Positions 27,816 to 37,635 of a stretch of 64,000 nucleotides of DNA are shown here, one piece after another. Both the position numbers and the translations under genes were made by a program. The stretch covers positions 256,001 to 320,000 of the forward strand of contig JBHYGA010000005.1 of assembly GCA_051859245.1 (NCBI GenBank), given 5' to 3'. The notes beneath the pieces were generated by a model. The model made no database searches and had not been told where the DNA came from. It was given only the letters and a program-made list of their open reading frames with translations. The stretch is from Gemmatimonadaceae bacterium (GTDB lineage Bacteria; Gemmatimonadota; Gemmatimonadetes; Gemmatimonadales; Gemmatimonadaceae). Every line of letters begins with the position of its first letter. Position 1 is the stretch's first letter.

Positions 27816-29054
27816 TCACGGTCTCACAATGTTTCCTCTGCCATCGTAGTTCGTAGTTGTCTCACTGGTCGGCGTTTTCTTTCGAATGCGCACTGGGTTT
27901 TCGCAGCACTCGCTGTAAAACCGTTCCGTCAGCGTGTCGCCTTCTTCTAGCAGGTGGCGCCACGTAAACCGACGACCGTCTTCAGTTGTGCGAATCTCCC
28001 ACTCGGCGCGTGAACGCTTAGTGACACTGATGCTGTCACGTTCGGTCACGCGCGTGCCGTACAGATCATCGTCGCCGTAATACTCGTATTCAGTCCACGT
28101 ACCGTCCCGATTGATGACTCGCGTGGCGTAGTTGGAAACGGGATCGTAGGTGATTGAGCGGAATGTCCCGTCTTCGTAATCAATGCGGGTCAAGTTGTGC
28201 AGGTCGTCAAAGGTGTAGCGATAACGATTGCCGTCTGCATCGGTGCTCTCGATGATGTCGCCGCGTGCATCGTGCTTGTACGATGCTGTTTTGACTGTTC
28301 CGCTTTGATTAGTCGCGACCACGCTGGTCAGGAAGCCTTGGTCGCTAACAGAAAAAACCGCCGTCGCGCCAGTGACTTTGCTGCGAACGCTGGCAATCCG
28401 TCCACGTTGGTCGTAGGACATCACGAGCGTTTCGGAGTTGCCGCCGGTTCGCGTGAGCCGACCTTCTTCATCAAACTCCAGCGTGTCGCTGTCGGTTCGA
28501 TTGAGGATGTAGCCGTCCCCTACCCGCAGCAGTTTTTCGCCGTCGCCGGACGACATCCAGCGTGTTCCCATTGGATGTCTCGCGGCTCGCAGCTTTGACG
28601 AATCCGATAGCAGTCGTGACCAGTAGGATCGTATTTCGAGATTCTCTCGCAGCTCGGCGCGAAACGCAGCGGCTTCGTCCGGATCGGCTTTCCATCCCAT
28701 GGCCACTCGTCCAGCAACGATCTCACGAACTGCGTTTCCGATTGCGGCCTCACTCGGAAAGGGCGCGGGGAAGAATGACGTCAAGCCGCCGCCCCAGTAG
28801 ATCACCGTGACTCCACCGTCAGCAAGCGGAAGCAGGCGACTCCCTCCAATCCAGCCCCAGCCGTATCCGAAAATGCTGGTGGTCGTAGCTTTCGAGTTAT
28901 AGGCCCGTTGGATCTCCAATCCTTCAAGTCTGAGGTCGGTATACGACACACTGTAGTTGCCATTCTTCCAGTTGACCTGCGATCGAGCAGTGCACGGAAT
29001 CACAAGAAGTACGGCGGCTGTAGATAAAGCCCGAATTGCGGCGGACACGTTCAT
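27816..29054 (-). CDS. Secreted YD/RHS-repeat protein (DUF6531-like N-terminus), no toxin tip
   Basis: VNWKNGNYSVSYTDL..LEIQRAYNS..FGYGW, YDQRGRI, YTFDDLHNLTRI repeats; ATGA overlap with the caspase-TPR gene. Confidence 0.85.
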   Translation of the reverse strand: MNVSAAIRALSTAAVLLVIPCTARSQVNWKNGNYSVSYTDLRLEGLEIQRAYNSKATTTSIFGYGWGWIGGSRLLPLADGGVTVIYWGGGLTSFFPAPFPSEAAIGNAVREIVAGRVAMGWKADPDEAAAFRAELRENLEIRSYWSRLLSDSSKLRAARHPMGTRWMSSGDGEKLLRVGDGYILNRTDSDTLEFDEEGRLTRTGGNSETLVMSYDQRGRIASVRSKVTGATAVFSVSDQGFLTSVVATNQSGTVKTASYKHDARGDIIESTDADGNRYRYTFDDLHNLTRIDYEDGTFRSITYDPVSNYATRVINRDGTWTEYEYYGDDDLYGTRVTERDSISVTKRSRAEWEIRTTEDGRRFTWRHLLEEGDTLTERFYSECCENPVRIRKKTPTSETTTNYDGRGNIVRP

Positions 29055-32000
29055 TGCTGTACCGACCGATCCGAAGGTGAAGCTACCGACAACTTCAACG
29101 CTTCAAAATGTCGGGCGGCCGCGGCGTTGAATGGAACCGCCGGTCGCTGCTCCCTCGCCTCGCGCAGCATCTCGCGTGCCGTCTCGCGATCGCCGGCCAT
29201 CCAAAGCACCAGCGCACGCGTTGTACGATCGGGGGTTGTTCGCAACGAGTCTGCTTCGTCAAGGCGCGCGAGCGCGCTCTTGGCATCGCCGAGATCCAGC
29301 TGCACGAGTACCTGCAGCGAGAGCAGCGATGCTCGGGCCGCGCTCTCATCCGTGCCAGCACGAGCGAACGCTGCGCTGAGATGCTCCTGAGCGCTGTCCA
29401 TATTGCCAAGTGTGTACGCGATGCGTGCGAGACCAAGGAGCGGCCGCATGCGATCGGGCGCAAGATCGCGCGCAGCCTGCCAAAGTGCGCTGGCAAGGGC
29501 GAGGTTGCCATCAAACTCCTGGGCCGCTGCCCGAGTCTCAAAGCGAAGGCTGACCTCGGATGAAGGATAGCGCCATGAGTTGCTGCGCATCGCATCACGA
29601 TACAGTCGAACCGCGTCCGCCACGCGCCCTTGTTCTGCGCGCAACTCGGCAAGCTCAGCAAGTGCACGAACATGCAGCGGGTCCATCAGCGCGACGCGCT
29701 CGTACGCGGCAGCGGCACGATCATACTCCCCGGAAGCATACAGATATCGAGCGTAGTGCAGCGCAGGGATCGGGTTCCCGTTGAATAGTCCGATCGCCTC
29801 TTCAAACAACGACGCGGCCTCAGCAGCTCGACGCTGTTCTCCAAGCAGCTCCGCGAGTCCGATACGCGCCCAATAGTGACGAGAATCGCGCTGAATGGCC
29901 TCGCGGTACCATCGCTCCGCATCCGACGTGCGGTCGCTGTTCTCGTAGAAAACAGCAAGCTGATACGCAGGCTCACCCAGCGTGTGCATCGCAGAGTCGG
30001 CTGCGATCAGAAGTCGCTCGCCTTCACGCTCGCGGCCAGTTGACCGCAAAAGTTCAGCAAGGTTCCAGTATGCATCGCTGTTCAGTGGGTCGAGCGCAAT
30101 CGCACTACGAAAGTCTCGCTCTGCGCGCTCGGCGTTCGTGTTCACCCAGATTTCGCCAAGATCGTTGCGCGTTCGAGAGTCAAACGGATCCAACTGCGCC
30201 GCGCGTTCGAGGGACTCGGTAGCGCCCGCGCCGTCTTTGCGCTCGAGCAGTGCGAGACCCCGTTGATAGTGCGTCACAGGGTTTGTTGAGTCCATTCCAA
30301 GTGCTAACGTCAACAAAGAATCTGCTTCGTTGAGCCGTTCCTGATTGATCGCAACGGCGGCCAGGTTTGTCAGGTAGAGTGGGTTCTGTAGCCGCTCCCA
30401 CGCGCTTGCGAAGTCGCGCCGCGCGTCCGTGTACCGGTCCATTTCCATGAAGAGAACGCCGCGATTGTTGTACGCCGCGCCACTGCCCGGGTGCAGCGTC
30501 AGCAGCTGTGCGTAAGCGTCAAGCGCTTCCTGCTGCAAGCCCTGATCTCGAAACAAATCTGCGCGTAGCTTGTGCGCATACTCCCATCGAGGCGCCAGCT
30601 CCAACGCCCTGTCGGAGGAACGCTGCGCCGACGCGTAATCCCCTTTTGCCGCAAAGAGTGCAGCGAGTGCGGCGTGTATCGGAGCGGCGCCTGAATCTGC
30701 TTTGAGCGATTCGTTCAGCATTCGCTCGGCTTCGTCAAAGCGGCTCAAGTCCCGTTCGCGAACAATCGCAAACGCCTTCATGAACTGCTCACGCGCCACG
30801 AGGTCATCAAAAACAACGCGCTCACTTCCACGCAATCGTCGTGCGAACTCAAGCGCCCGGCCTGCTGCGCGAAACTCGGAGGCCTGCGGGTAGTCGCTCA
30901 CGCCGCGAAGGAAACGACGTGCCGGTTCCTCGGCGGACTCCCGAAGCGCAACAGCCAAGGTTCCGCGTACGCGACGGACTAGTGCTGCATCATTCACGTT
31001 TGTCGAGTCCAAACGCATGACGATTTGCTCTTGAAGCACCCACGCACTCGGCTCAGCGATGCTGCCGAGCTCCGGCTCCAGCAAGCGAGTCTGAGCGATG
31101 GCACTCTGGAACTCGTTCAGAAGTCGATTGACGGCGGTGTCACGGACAACCGATGGCAAAGTGACCGAGTCGGTGCTCCGCCCACCTAGGTCTACCGTCT
31201 CGGTGTTTCGCGAACGCATCGCTCGCACGGCCAGCAGGGCTTCCGCGCGAGGGCGCGAGACCGAAAAAAGCACTGCTCTCGGCCTCGATGAGAATGCCAG
31301 AGGAGTTTGGTAGGCGTTTGGGTATGCGCGCTCAGTCGATGCACTGACGGAGTCCATCACGTAGCGATTTACTTCATCGAAAGTCACTGAAGCACTCGAA
31401 TCAACGTCGGCAAGCCCGTGAAGTGCCTCGATCAGGTAGTATGTGAACGCCCCGTGACCCCCGCCCCATATCGCATTTTCGTAAGAAAGCTGCTCTCCCG
31501 TGCTGGAAAGCATCTTGTTGACTTCCGGCCACTGACCCAAACGCGTTAGAGTGGCTTGAGCTCCCTCGCGAGTGTCGGCTACAGCGCCAGCCCGACACGC
31601 ATCAATCATGATGATGAGTTCGCCCCCACCATTCTGCTTTAAATACAGTTCCGCTTCTTGCGCGAGGAGCCTGGGATTTATCGCGTCATTCGAAAAGCTA
31701 TAGATGCCCCGAGTCGCTTGCGTCAGCAACAGGTACGCGTCGCTGATATCACCCGAAGCGCCAATGCGTTGGACGTCTCCGTGCCCCGCAAAGTAAAAGA
31801 AAAGCCGGTCCCCAGGTTTTGTTTGACTCGCTCTGGTCATCAACGCTTGCCCAACCGTGTCTCGCCTTGCTTTCTCGTTGAGAAAGAGATCTACATTCGC
31901 AGGGTCGAGACCTCCGCCCTTAGGGCTAACTAGGAACTCGTGCAACGCCTCGGCATCATTGTCTGCGAATTGCAGAGACGCGAGACTCGTATACTTGGAG

Positions 32001-32152
32001 ACACCAACGATTACAGCTCGCGAAGTGCCTTTGTTGCTCGCTGTCGTCGGGGTGCCGAGACCACGAGTCCCCTTTTGTGCTTCGGCGTTCGACATGGCCA
32101 CGGCCAGGCCGAGTGAACACAAAGTAACGGTTTCAAACAATCTGCTTCGCAT
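29051..32152 (-). CDS. Secreted peptidase C14 (caspase family) with C-terminal TPR array
   Basis: AVIVGVSKY, LQFADNDA, YFAGHG (His 31781-31783), IDACRAG (Cys 31595-31597), GHGAFTYYL; many TPRs. Confidence 0.92.
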   Translation of the reverse strand: MRSRLFETVTLCSLGLAVAMSNAEAQKGTRGLGTPTTASNKGTSRAVIVGVSKYTSLASLQFADNDAEALHEFLVSPKGGGLDPANVDLFLNEKARRDTVGQALMTRASQTKPGDRLFFYFAGHGDVQRIGASGDISDAYLLLTQATRGIYSFSNDAINPRLLAQEAELYLKQNGGGELIIMIDACRAGAVADTREGAQATLTRLGQWPEVNKMLSSTGEQLSYENAIWGGGHGAFTYYLIEALHGLADVDSSASVTFDEVNRYVMDSVSASTERAYPNAYQTPLAFSSRPRAVLFSVSRPRAEALLAVRAMRSRNTETVDLGGRSTDSVTLPSVVRDTAVNRLLNEFQSAIAQTRLLEPELGSIAEPSAWVLQEQIVMRLDSTNVNDAALVRRVRGTLAVALRESAEEPARRFLRGVSDYPQASEFRAAGRALEFARRLRGSERVVFDDLVAREQFMKAFAIVRERDLSRFDEAERMLNESLKADSGAAPIHAALAALFAAKGDYASAQRSSDRALELAPRWEYAHKLRADLFRDQGLQQEALDAYAQLLTLHPGSGAAYNNRGVLFMEMDRYTDARRDFASAWERLQNPLYLTNLAAVAINQERLNEADSLLTLALGMDSTNPVTHYQRGLALLERKDGAGATESLERAAQLDPFDSRTRNDLGEIWVNTNAERAERDFRSAIALDPLNSDAYWNLAELLRSTGREREGERLLIAADSAMHTLGEPAYQLAVFYENSDRTSDAERWYREAIQRDSRHYWARIGLAELLGEQRRAAEAASLFEEAIGLFNGNPIPALHYARYLYASGEYDRAAAAYERVALMDPLHVRALAELAELRAEQGRVADAVRLYRDAMRSNSWRYPSSEVSLRFETRAAAQEFDGNLALASALWQAARDLAPDRMRPLLGLARIAYTLGNMDSAQEHLSAAFARAGTDESAARASLLSLQVLVQLDLGDAKSALARLDEADSLRTTPDRTTRALVLWMAGDRETAREMLREAREQRPAVPFNAAAARHFEALKLSVASPSDRSVQQ

Positions 32153-32189
32153 CAGGGCTCTCTTCTTCTGCTGTGCAAGCTATGTGATC

Positions 32190-32214
32190 GCAACGTGCGA
32201 CCGCCGCACGTTGC
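32190..32214. terminator. 10-bp perfect hairpin between the two caspase genes
   Basis: GCAACGTGCG-ACCGC-CGCACGTTGC; no clear poly-U tail. Confidence 0.45.
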
Positions 32215-32224
32215 GTACAACAAA

Positions 32225-34318
32225 CTATTTCCGCTTCGGCACAGTATCGAGAATATCAATGCGGTGCGATAGCGTAGTCCAACCGACAATAGGCTTGGGA
32301 TTTGAACGCCACTTGCCGCTATCATTTGGGCCTTTGTCGTTAGGACCGCGCGCGCCGTCGCAGGCGCCGAACGACTCGACGAGCGGCTGGAAGCTGAACT
32401 GATCAGAGTTCACAACCATCTTCAGCATTTCACTGCCGACCGGTTCCAGCATTGGAATCGACTCACCGACAAGTATCCATTTGTTCATCTCGATCGGAGA
32501 ATGTGGAATACCTGCCGGAGGCCACAGCACAGCTGGATCGGAGGTGTAGCCGCCGATCGCGATGGTCATGTACAACGACGAGATTTCGGCTTGCTGCAGC
32601 TGTGCGTCTGCCCGAGCGTACACATCGTAACTTTTGCCCAGGAGAACTGAGTCGGGTATTCCCGCAGGGCGCAGACCACGCGGTGCCCCTGCTCCCGCAG
32701 GCACTAAACGTATGTCCAACGTGAGACCTGTTGGCGGTGTTGGATTCTCGATGCTATTGAGCGACGTGATCGAAAGCGCGCGAATCAGCGGGCGGCACAG
32801 CGCGTTGCCACGATAGCCCACGATAGAATCCACTCGCACTGCCTCGTCTGGCTGCGGGGCCAGGGCGACGCCGTTTACAAAGACCCGCGCAACGCCGAGA
32901 CTCTGAGCAACGATGGCGTCTGCAGACGCGGAATCCACGATCACAAAGCGGCTCGAGTCTCGGCGTACTTCCGTCGCTAACGCCATGGCGCTCTTGTCGA
33001 AGTACACTTTCAATCGATCAACGCGATTCGCGCCGAGCGGAACACGCGACAGGACGGCGCGTGCACTGACCGGCAGCGTCGGTTTGGTGAACGAACTTCC
33101 GGCGGCGCCGAGCACGCTGCCTTGCTCATCGACGTACACGGCGAAAGCTCGTTCGGCAACCACAGAGTCAACGCGTACTCGCGCAATGGGAGCCGAGGAA
33201 AACTGCACCTCGCCAGAGCGATACACGTCGTAGTTCGCGGTCTTTCGCACACCGTGAATAGCGCCGGCGTCGAGGACCAGCCGACCACCCACTTCTCGCG
33301 CCGTGACGAACGGCTGTGCTGCCACGCCTTCGTTGGATTTGAAAATCAGAGCCGTCTGATCACCTTCGAGCTGCGGCACCTGCGGCAGCATTGCGCCGCG
33401 CACGTTCGATCGCAAACGCTGAATGAGCTCGTCGTACCGCAGTCCACGTGTTCCCGCGGCACCGTCAAGGGCGCGCGTCAGATGATACGTCATCGCGCCA
33501 ATCCACACACGCGTTCCGTCTTCATCATACGGAAGCTCCTGCGCCGTTTGGTCACTGCGCGCCGCGGTGATCAACGTGTGTCCACGCGCTTCGGTGAAGT
33601 CCGCGAGGCCGCCCGTATCTGGCAGCGCGATCGTGTCTGGTTTGGGGCCCTTGTCCCGCCCGACGGCATCACCATCTCCACGCGTCACGGTGCCAGAATA
33701 GCACGCATCAATAATGATCGTGACGTTCTCGGTGCCGAGCGCTTTCAGATACGCTCGAATGTCATCATCAAGCACCAGCTGCGACGGATTGTGCGCGTCC
33801 TCCGCATCAAACGGTACAAGTCCCTCGTCACGTCCGTCCGGCTCATCTTTGTCCACACCATCGGGCGCGTGCGATCCGTGACCAGAAAAGTAGATCACCA
33901 CCGCGTCATCTTTGGTCAGCGCGCGCTCAGCCAACCACTTGAATCCAGCCGCGATCCCGGCCTTGGTCGCCGAGGAGCCGAGCAATACGCGCGTGTCTTC
34001 GGTGGCGCCAAAGCCCCAGCGATTCAGGCTGACCTGCAGGCGTTTTACATCGTTCTCCGGGCCCTGCAAATCGGACAGCGGCTTTGTCCCCGCTCCAAAA
34101 TGCTGGTAGTCCGCAATGCCGATCAGCAGCGAAATCTTGCGAGGAGCACGCGTAACCTTCGTTCCGACGACATCCGCCGCGTGGAGACGCATCTCGGCGC
34201 TCGAGGCGCTGGCGAGAGCAACTGGGAGGGGACGCGACCACCCCAGGGAGATGGAAGCGCTTGCCAAGATGGTGGCGACGGAAGCCGTGCGGACAACCTG
34301 TTTGCGCGATGGGCGCAT
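32225..34318 (-). CDS. Secreted peptidase C14 (caspase/metacaspase family) with C-terminal DUF4384-like domain
   Basis: LLIGIADY, LQGPENDV, YFSGHG (His 33878-33880), IDACYSGTVTRG (Cys 33701-33703), QVPQLEG, LDAGAIHGV. Confidence 0.92.
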   Translation of the reverse strand: MRPSRKQVVRTASVATILASASISLGWSRPLPVALASASSAEMRLHAADVVGTKVTRAPRKISLLIGIADYQHFGAGTKPLSDLQGPENDVKRLQVSLNRWGFGATEDTRVLLGSSATKAGIAAGFKWLAERALTKDDAVVIYFSGHGSHAPDGVDKDEPDGRDEGLVPFDAEDAHNPSQLVLDDDIRAYLKALGTENVTIIIDACYSGTVTRGDGDAVGRDKGPKPDTIALPDTGGLADFTEARGHTLITAARSDQTAQELPYDEDGTRVWIGAMTYHLTRALDGAAGTRGLRYDELIQRLRSNVRGAMLPQVPQLEGDQTALIFKSNEGVAAQPFVTAREVGGRLVLDAGAIHGVRKTANYDVYRSGEVQFSSAPIARVRVDSVVAERAFAVYVDEQGSVLGAAGSSFTKPTLPVSARAVLSRVPLGANRVDRLKVYFDKSAMALATEVRRDSSRFVIVDSASADAIVAQSLGVARVFVNGVALAPQPDEAVRVDSIVGYRGNALCRPLIRALSITSLNSIENPTPPTGLTLDIRLVPAGAGAPRGLRPAGIPDSVLLGKSYDVYARADAQLQQAEISSLYMTIAIGGYTSDPAVLWPPAGIPHSPIEMNKWILVGESIPMLEPVGSEMLKMVVNSDQFSFQPLVESFGACDGARGPNDKGPNDSGKWRSNPKPIVGWTTLSHRIDILDTVPKRK

Positions 34319-34441
34319 TGGTGAGCCTCAAGAGGTGACAAGGTGCAGCGGTAGGCGACCCTCGCGGAAGGGCCAGAGCGCTCCCTCGGCGGGACGAACG
34401 GTGCTCAACAGCACCGACCGCCCTTCGGATCCCACCAGCTG

Positions 34442-34466
34442 ATATCGGTTCGTCCCGTACTTGTCA
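34442..34466 (-). promoter_or_regulatory. Candidate ECF promoter, motif B variant (TGAC-N15-CGATAT)
   Basis: Upstream of the caspase-caspase-YD unit. Confidence 0.5.
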
Positions 34467-34534
34467 TTGTCCTTCACCGGCAGCAGAATAGGCGATCCCA
34501 AACGCCCAGGCGCTCGGTCGACGCGAGTGCTCGA

Positions 34535-34559
34535 TGGCATTTTCTCCCGGCACCGGCAT
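34535..34559 (+). promoter_or_regulatory. Candidate autoregulatory ECF promoter, motif B variant (TGGC-N15-CGGCAT)
   Basis: -10 box ends 7 nt before the sigma ATG at 34567. Confidence 0.55.
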
Positions 34560-34566
34560 CTCCTGC

Positions 34567-35214
34567 ATGGATGAACGCTCGTTGAGCGAATTGCTCGTTA
34601 CTCTGCGCGATGGCTACGAGCACGAGCGCGACGTTGCATGGGCGGCTTGCTACAGTCAGTTTCGCGATTTGGTGTGGACCCGGGTGTTTTATGTTATCCG
34701 TACCATTCCGTGGCTCCCGGAGCCGCGCGAGGTCGTGGAAGAAATCACAAGCGATGTCTTCGTCGGGTTGCCGACGGCGGTGCGCGCGTATCGTGACAAT
34801 GGGAAAGGGGAGCAGTGGCTCAAGCAGGTGGCCGTGCGGACAGCGTTGCGGGCGCGGGAGCGTATTACAGGTGATTGGAAAAGACGCGATCCTTCTGCGT
34901 TGTCGGCCTCGCTCGATCGGCCTGGCCGCATCTACTCTTCGTTCGACCATCATGCGAATGACATCGTTGACGCGCTGGATGCGATCAAACGCGACGAGCT
35001 CCTGGAGCTCGAACGTCGGATCGACGTGATGCGAAGCAGTGCCGATCCGCGGCAGCAGCGGTGGGCAACATTTCTCGATTTGTATCGGGAAGGCTTCGGC
35101 TTTGCAGAGATCGGCCAGCGCATGGGGTTAACCGAGGGAACAGCTCGTAACTGGCTCGTGGAAATCAGGCGGCAGCTGGCAACACCGCCCGCCGAGGTGC
35201 GTCTGCATGGCTGA
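34567..35214 (+). CDS. ECF-type sigma factor
   Basis: AWAACYSQF..EEITSDVFV..QWLKQVAVRTAL region 2; EGFGFAEIGQRMGLTEGTARNWL region 4 HTH. Confidence 0.85.
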   Translation: MDERSLSELLVTLRDGYEHERDVAWAACYSQFRDLVWTRVFYVIRTIPWLPEPREVVEEITSDVFVGLPTAVRAYRDNGKGEQWLKQVAVRTALRARERITGDWKRRDPSALSASLDRPGRIYSSFDHHANDIVDALDAIKRDELLELERRIDVMRSSADPRQQRWATFLDLYREGFGFAEIGQRMGLTEGTARNWLVEIRRQLATPPAEVRLHG

Positions 35215-35953
35215 GCGTCACAGCAGCACGTCGGATCCCGACGATGACCCGTTGCGTCCGCTTCATGCGCCGGATGACGAGGACACGCAGCGTGTAGAAG
35301 CGATGCTCAGCTTGTCGAGTCGCGCGCCCGTTTCACTCGATGCCCGCGTCGCTTCTCGGCGTGAAGCCGGAGACCACGTACTGCTTCCGGTGCCGGAAAC
35401 TGAGCCCACGTCCACGCGCGAACATCGCTCTCCGGCGCGGCGATTCATTCTGCCCGCCGGCATCGCGGCCGCGGCTGTGCTCTCGTACTTCCTGTTCCCC
35501 CAGACGGAGAAGAGTTCGGCCGGTGATCAGCGATTGGCACAGAGCGATTCGAGTGTGCCCGCGAGCGCTTCCGACTCGGTCCACGAACCGGCGTCTCACC
35601 GCGACTCGTCGTCATCCCGCGCGGACCGACTGCCGAGCACCACGCCCGAACGCGGCGATGTTGCGCTGGGTTACCGTGGCGCGGGAACGGCGATCTTCAC
35701 GGCACGAATGCGCGACTTTCGCGAGACGACGGTGGATTCGGTAGCCGACGCCACACTGCGCGACACGACGTACAACATCATCATCTCGCATCCGACGGGT
35801 AACGCCGAACTCGCCGCGCTGGCCAAACGGATTGGGCAGGCGCTGACAGGTCGTGGTGTGAAGTTGTCAGCCGTGCACATTGACGAGGGCGGAGCCGCCG
35901 CTTCCATCGGCGCAGTAACCATTGAGGTTCGATCGGCAGATCGGATCCCCTGA
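35207..35953 (+). CDS. Putative anti-sigma factor, single TM
   Basis: Overlaps the sigma stop; TM FILPAGIAAAAVLSYFLF, Ser-rich linker, small C-terminal domain. Confidence 0.65.
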   Translation: MAERHSSTSDPDDDPLRPLHAPDDEDTQRVEAMLSLSSRAPVSLDARVASRREAGDHVLLPVPETEPTSTREHRSPARRFILPAGIAAAAVLSYFLFPQTEKSSAGDQRLAQSDSSVPASASDSVHEPASHRDSSSSRADRLPSTTPERGDVALGYRGAGTAIFTARMRDFRETTVDSVADATLRDTTYNIIISHPTGNAELAALAKRIGQALTGRGVKLSAVHIDEGGAAASIGAVTIEVRSADRIP

Positions 35954-35997
35954 CCGATCCACGCGCCGCGCACCTTCTCCACGAAAGTTGACGCTGA

Positions 35998-37431
35998 CTA
36001 TCGACCGGGAATCCGGTCCGCAAACGGTGCCCAATCGAACACCGAGAGCGCGAAGTACAACTTCGGTTTTCCATACCCGTCAACAATGCGCACCTGCGAC
36101 GCATCGGCCACAACGTCACCAACGCGCGCGCCCACGAGCGATTGCTGCCGCATCCACATTGCGCCAGCGCTGACCTTCAGAAAACCGAGCGACACCGCAG
36201 TACCAATGCCGGCTCCGGTCACATCACCTGCGGCAACAACAACCTCAGGTAGCCACACCGCAAGGCCACTGCCGTCGCGGCGATCGAGGCCCCTCCAGGT
36301 GAAGCCCAGTGTGCCGCCGAGTCCAAAGCGACGGTCCGTCCGTCCGCTTTCATAAACGCGTGCTCCGCCATCCACATCCTCGGTCGCGTACGTCGGAAAC
36401 CGTCCGCCCGGTGCAGCGATGCCAGCAATCGCCACCGCCGGTCGAATGAACGGCTGGGGCTGCACAATGACCGTGTACTCGGCCACCTCACGACTTGCAA
36501 TGCGAGCCAGTTCGGCCTCGGTGCGCGGCTCTACGCGGATCGTGACGGACCGTCCGCTCGTGCGGCTCCCTTTCGCAACACCTGCGCTCCATTTCGAGCA
36601 GGAGTTCGCAACAATGCCAACGAGTCGTTCCGCACGATAGGCGCTGGCCAGCAGCGATTCAAAGTCTGCCAAGGCAGACTGCGCACGCACATCGAGCACG
36701 CGCACCGAATCGCGCAGCGCTTGCCATCGCGCGTCTTCGTACGATTGCCCGAGTGTGGCGACTCGCATGTTCTCCGTGGCACCACTCAGGGCAACCAGAG
36801 ACGAGAGCAACGACTCCGCCGTCGGCAGACGCACCGGCTCTTGTGCTCCGCATGACTGCCCCACACTGAGCCGGCGACGCAGCGGTTCCGCTGCCACTTC
36901 CGGTGCAACGTTGCGTCGCATCTGTTCAAGCGCGAGCAGTGTGGTTGTGATCGTTGGCTGCAACCCGCGCTCACCAAACACCGCTTCGTCGATTTGCATC
37001 AGGCTTCGCTCCGCCGTGCCCAGCGCGAGCGCGAGTGCCAGGCGCGCGTCAGCGACATTCTGTGCGGGCTCGATGAAGCCTGCGCCACGCGAACCCGAAA
37101 GTGCGGACCGTAGCTCGGGCACATACGGCGTGAGTCGGCTCGCGAAACCCGACAGCGCCTGCGCCTCCGGCAGTGGGACCGACGCGCTGGTCCGACTGAA
37201 GTTGTACAGCGCCGTGTTGGTGTTCACCACGTCGATCTCCACCGGTACATTATGCGGCAATCGGACCACCGCGTGACTTCCGAGCGCACTGGTGTCCGCC
37301 CGTACGCCGCGCTGTACAATCAGTCGCAGTGCTCCGGTCCCGTGATCGATTTCAACGCGCGCGCGCTGCGCGCGTGCATCAGTGGCGACGAGAGCAATCA
37401 GGACGAGGAGTATGACGGATCGCAAGCGCAT
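35998..37431 (-). CDS. Secreted hypothetical protein (paralog of 37636-39114)
   Basis: Signal peptide ending ARA|Q; beta domain, helical middle, beta-rich C-terminus. Confidence 0.75.
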   Translation of the reverse strand: MRLRSVILLVLIALVATDARAQRARVEIDHGTGALRLIVQRGVRADTSALGSHAVVRLPHNVPVEIDVVNTNTALYNFSRTSASVPLPEAQALSGFASRLTPYVPELRSALSGSRGAGFIEPAQNVADARLALALALGTAERSLMQIDEAVFGERGLQPTITTTLLALEQMRRNVAPEVAAEPLRRRLSVGQSCGAQEPVRLPTAESLLSSLVALSGATENMRVATLGQSYEDARWQALRDSVRVLDVRAQSALADFESLLASAYRAERLVGIVANSCSKWSAGVAKGSRTSGRSVTIRVEPRTEAELARIASREVAEYTVIVQPQPFIRPAVAIAGIAAPGGRFPTYATEDVDGGARVYESGRTDRRFGLGGTLGFTWRGLDRRDGSGLAVWLPEVVVAAGDVTGAGIGTAVSLGFLKVSAGAMWMRQQSLVGARVGDVVADASQVRIVDGYGKPKLYFALSVFDWAPFADRIPGR

Positions 37432-37471
37432 GATGCTGGTTGGTTGGTGGGAACAAGGAGCCAGGCACAGA

Positions 37472-37497
37472 ATGCCGGTGACGGTCATTCCGTGTCA
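37472..37497 (-). promoter_or_regulatory. Candidate ECF promoter, motif B (TGAC-N16-CGGCAT)
   Basis: Back-to-back with the copy at 37520. Confidence 0.55.
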
Positions 37498-37519
37498 TTG
37501 CGCGCATCGCGTCAAACGG

Positions 37520-37544
37520 TGACGTTCCAGAGGTTTAGCGGCAT
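37520..37544 (+). promoter_or_regulatory. Candidate ECF promoter, motif B (TGAC-N15-CGGCAT)
   Basis: Upstream of 37636. Confidence 0.65.
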
Positions 37545-37635
37545 TCAAAGTACAACGTGGTCAGACGCGAGTCCCGCAGCACCGAAGGGTCGCTTTGGGA
37601 TGCCAGACGAAGACACACACTATCACCGACACCAG

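Noticed and set aside
27816..29054. RHS polymorphic toxin
   Set aside because: No RHS core terminus, toxin domain or immunity gene
33122..34324. 400-aa plus-strand ORF
   Set aside because: Antisense shadow of the C14 caspase gene; no recognisable motifs
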